Sequence record: SRR20825006_1783
Length of the DNA: 44,553 nt
Strand: one strand, 5' to 3'
This document shows positions 44,188-44,553 of the stretch, one piece after another (within the stretch, counting starts at the first letter, position 1; each line of letters starts with the position of its first letter). The translations under genes and the position numbers were made by a program. Below the pieces are notes generated by a model. The model saw only the letters and a program-made list of their open reading frames with translations, searched no databases and had not been told where the DNA came from.

Positions 44188-44553
44188 ATGACCGAGACCG
44201 CAATTCCAGAAATCGTCAGCCGGACGGGCAAGATGAAAATTGAAAAACCGCGCACCCCGTCCAAGCGGATGCGCCCCTCTGGCGGGGCCGTGGTGATGGG
44301 TCTGTACCTGCTGTTCTTGATGCTGCCGATCTATTGGCTGCTCAATATGAGCCTCAAGACCAACTCTGAAATCCTTGGTGCCTTTAGCCTGTGGCCGCGC
44401 AATTTGACCTTCGCAAACTATGCGACCATCCTCACCGACCCGAGTTGGTACATGGGCTATGTCAACTCCCTGATCTATGTGGTGATGAACACAACCATCA
44501 GCCTCGCCGTCGCGCTACCGGCTGCCTATGCGTTCAGCCGCTACAGCTTCATG
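44188..44553 (+). CDS. Glycerol ABC transporter permease 2 (rhizobial GlpQ-like), truncated by window end
   Basis: Open frame from ATG 44188 to the end, absent from the ORF track: ...LYLLFLMLPIYWLLNMSLKTNSEI...WYMGYVNSLIYV...PAAYAFSRYSFM. Confidence 0.88.
   Translation, partial: MTETAIPEIVSRTGKMKIEKPRTPSKRMRPSGGAVVMGLYLLFLMLPIYWLLNMSLKTNSEILGAFSLWPRNLTFANYATILTDPSWYMGYVNSLIYVVMNTTISLAVALPAAYAFSRYSFM

Noticed and set aside
1-44553. CRISPR arrays, tRNA/rRNA genes, IS elements, integrases, prophage or defence genes
   Set aside because: No regularly spaced repeats, no tRNA or rRNA signatures and no transposase or recombinase motifs were seen; nearly all sequence is accounted for by metabolic genes.

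Overview
Gene-dense bacterial DNA, most likely an alphaproteobacterium of the Rhodobacteraceae/roseobacter type (inferred from gene content: multiple TRAP and TTT transporters, rhizobial-type glycerol ABC operon, norEF). Three blocks. (1) 393-5105: nitric-oxide/anaerobiosis module with norEF, nsrR, a short hemerythrin RIC-like gene, a decayed 5-formyl-THF cyclo-ligase remnant and ubiTUV, plus two NsrR-like operators. (2) 5502-38416: a ~33 kb aromatic catabolic island built around a complete iac (indole-3-acetate catabolism) cluster (iacI divergent from iacHABCDEFG, convergent with iacR). Upstream lie a FeaB-like aryl-acetaldehyde dehydrogenase, a GMC alcohol oxidoreductase, an HDAC-family amidohydrolase, an ABC and a TRAP transporter. 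Downstream lie a second TRAP, maleylacetate reductase, a hydroxyquinol-type 1,2-dioxygenase (no catBC), a TTT transporter, an AraC activator and a TynB/Rid/TynA-like amine-deamination module. (3) 38505-end: ordinary glycerol locus (glpR, glpD, glycerol ABC transporter, truncated by the window). Leading hypothesis (inference, untested): the island is a catabolic route for ring-hydroxylated indoles/indoleamines, i.e. N-acetylserotonin -> serotonin -> 5-hydroxyindoleacetaldehyde -> 5-HIAA -> hydroxyquinol -> maleylacetate -> 3-oxoadipate, rather than a plain IAA -> catechol pathway. No rRNA, tRNA, CRISPR array, transposase or integrase was seen. All family assignments come from motif recognition by eye, not database searches.
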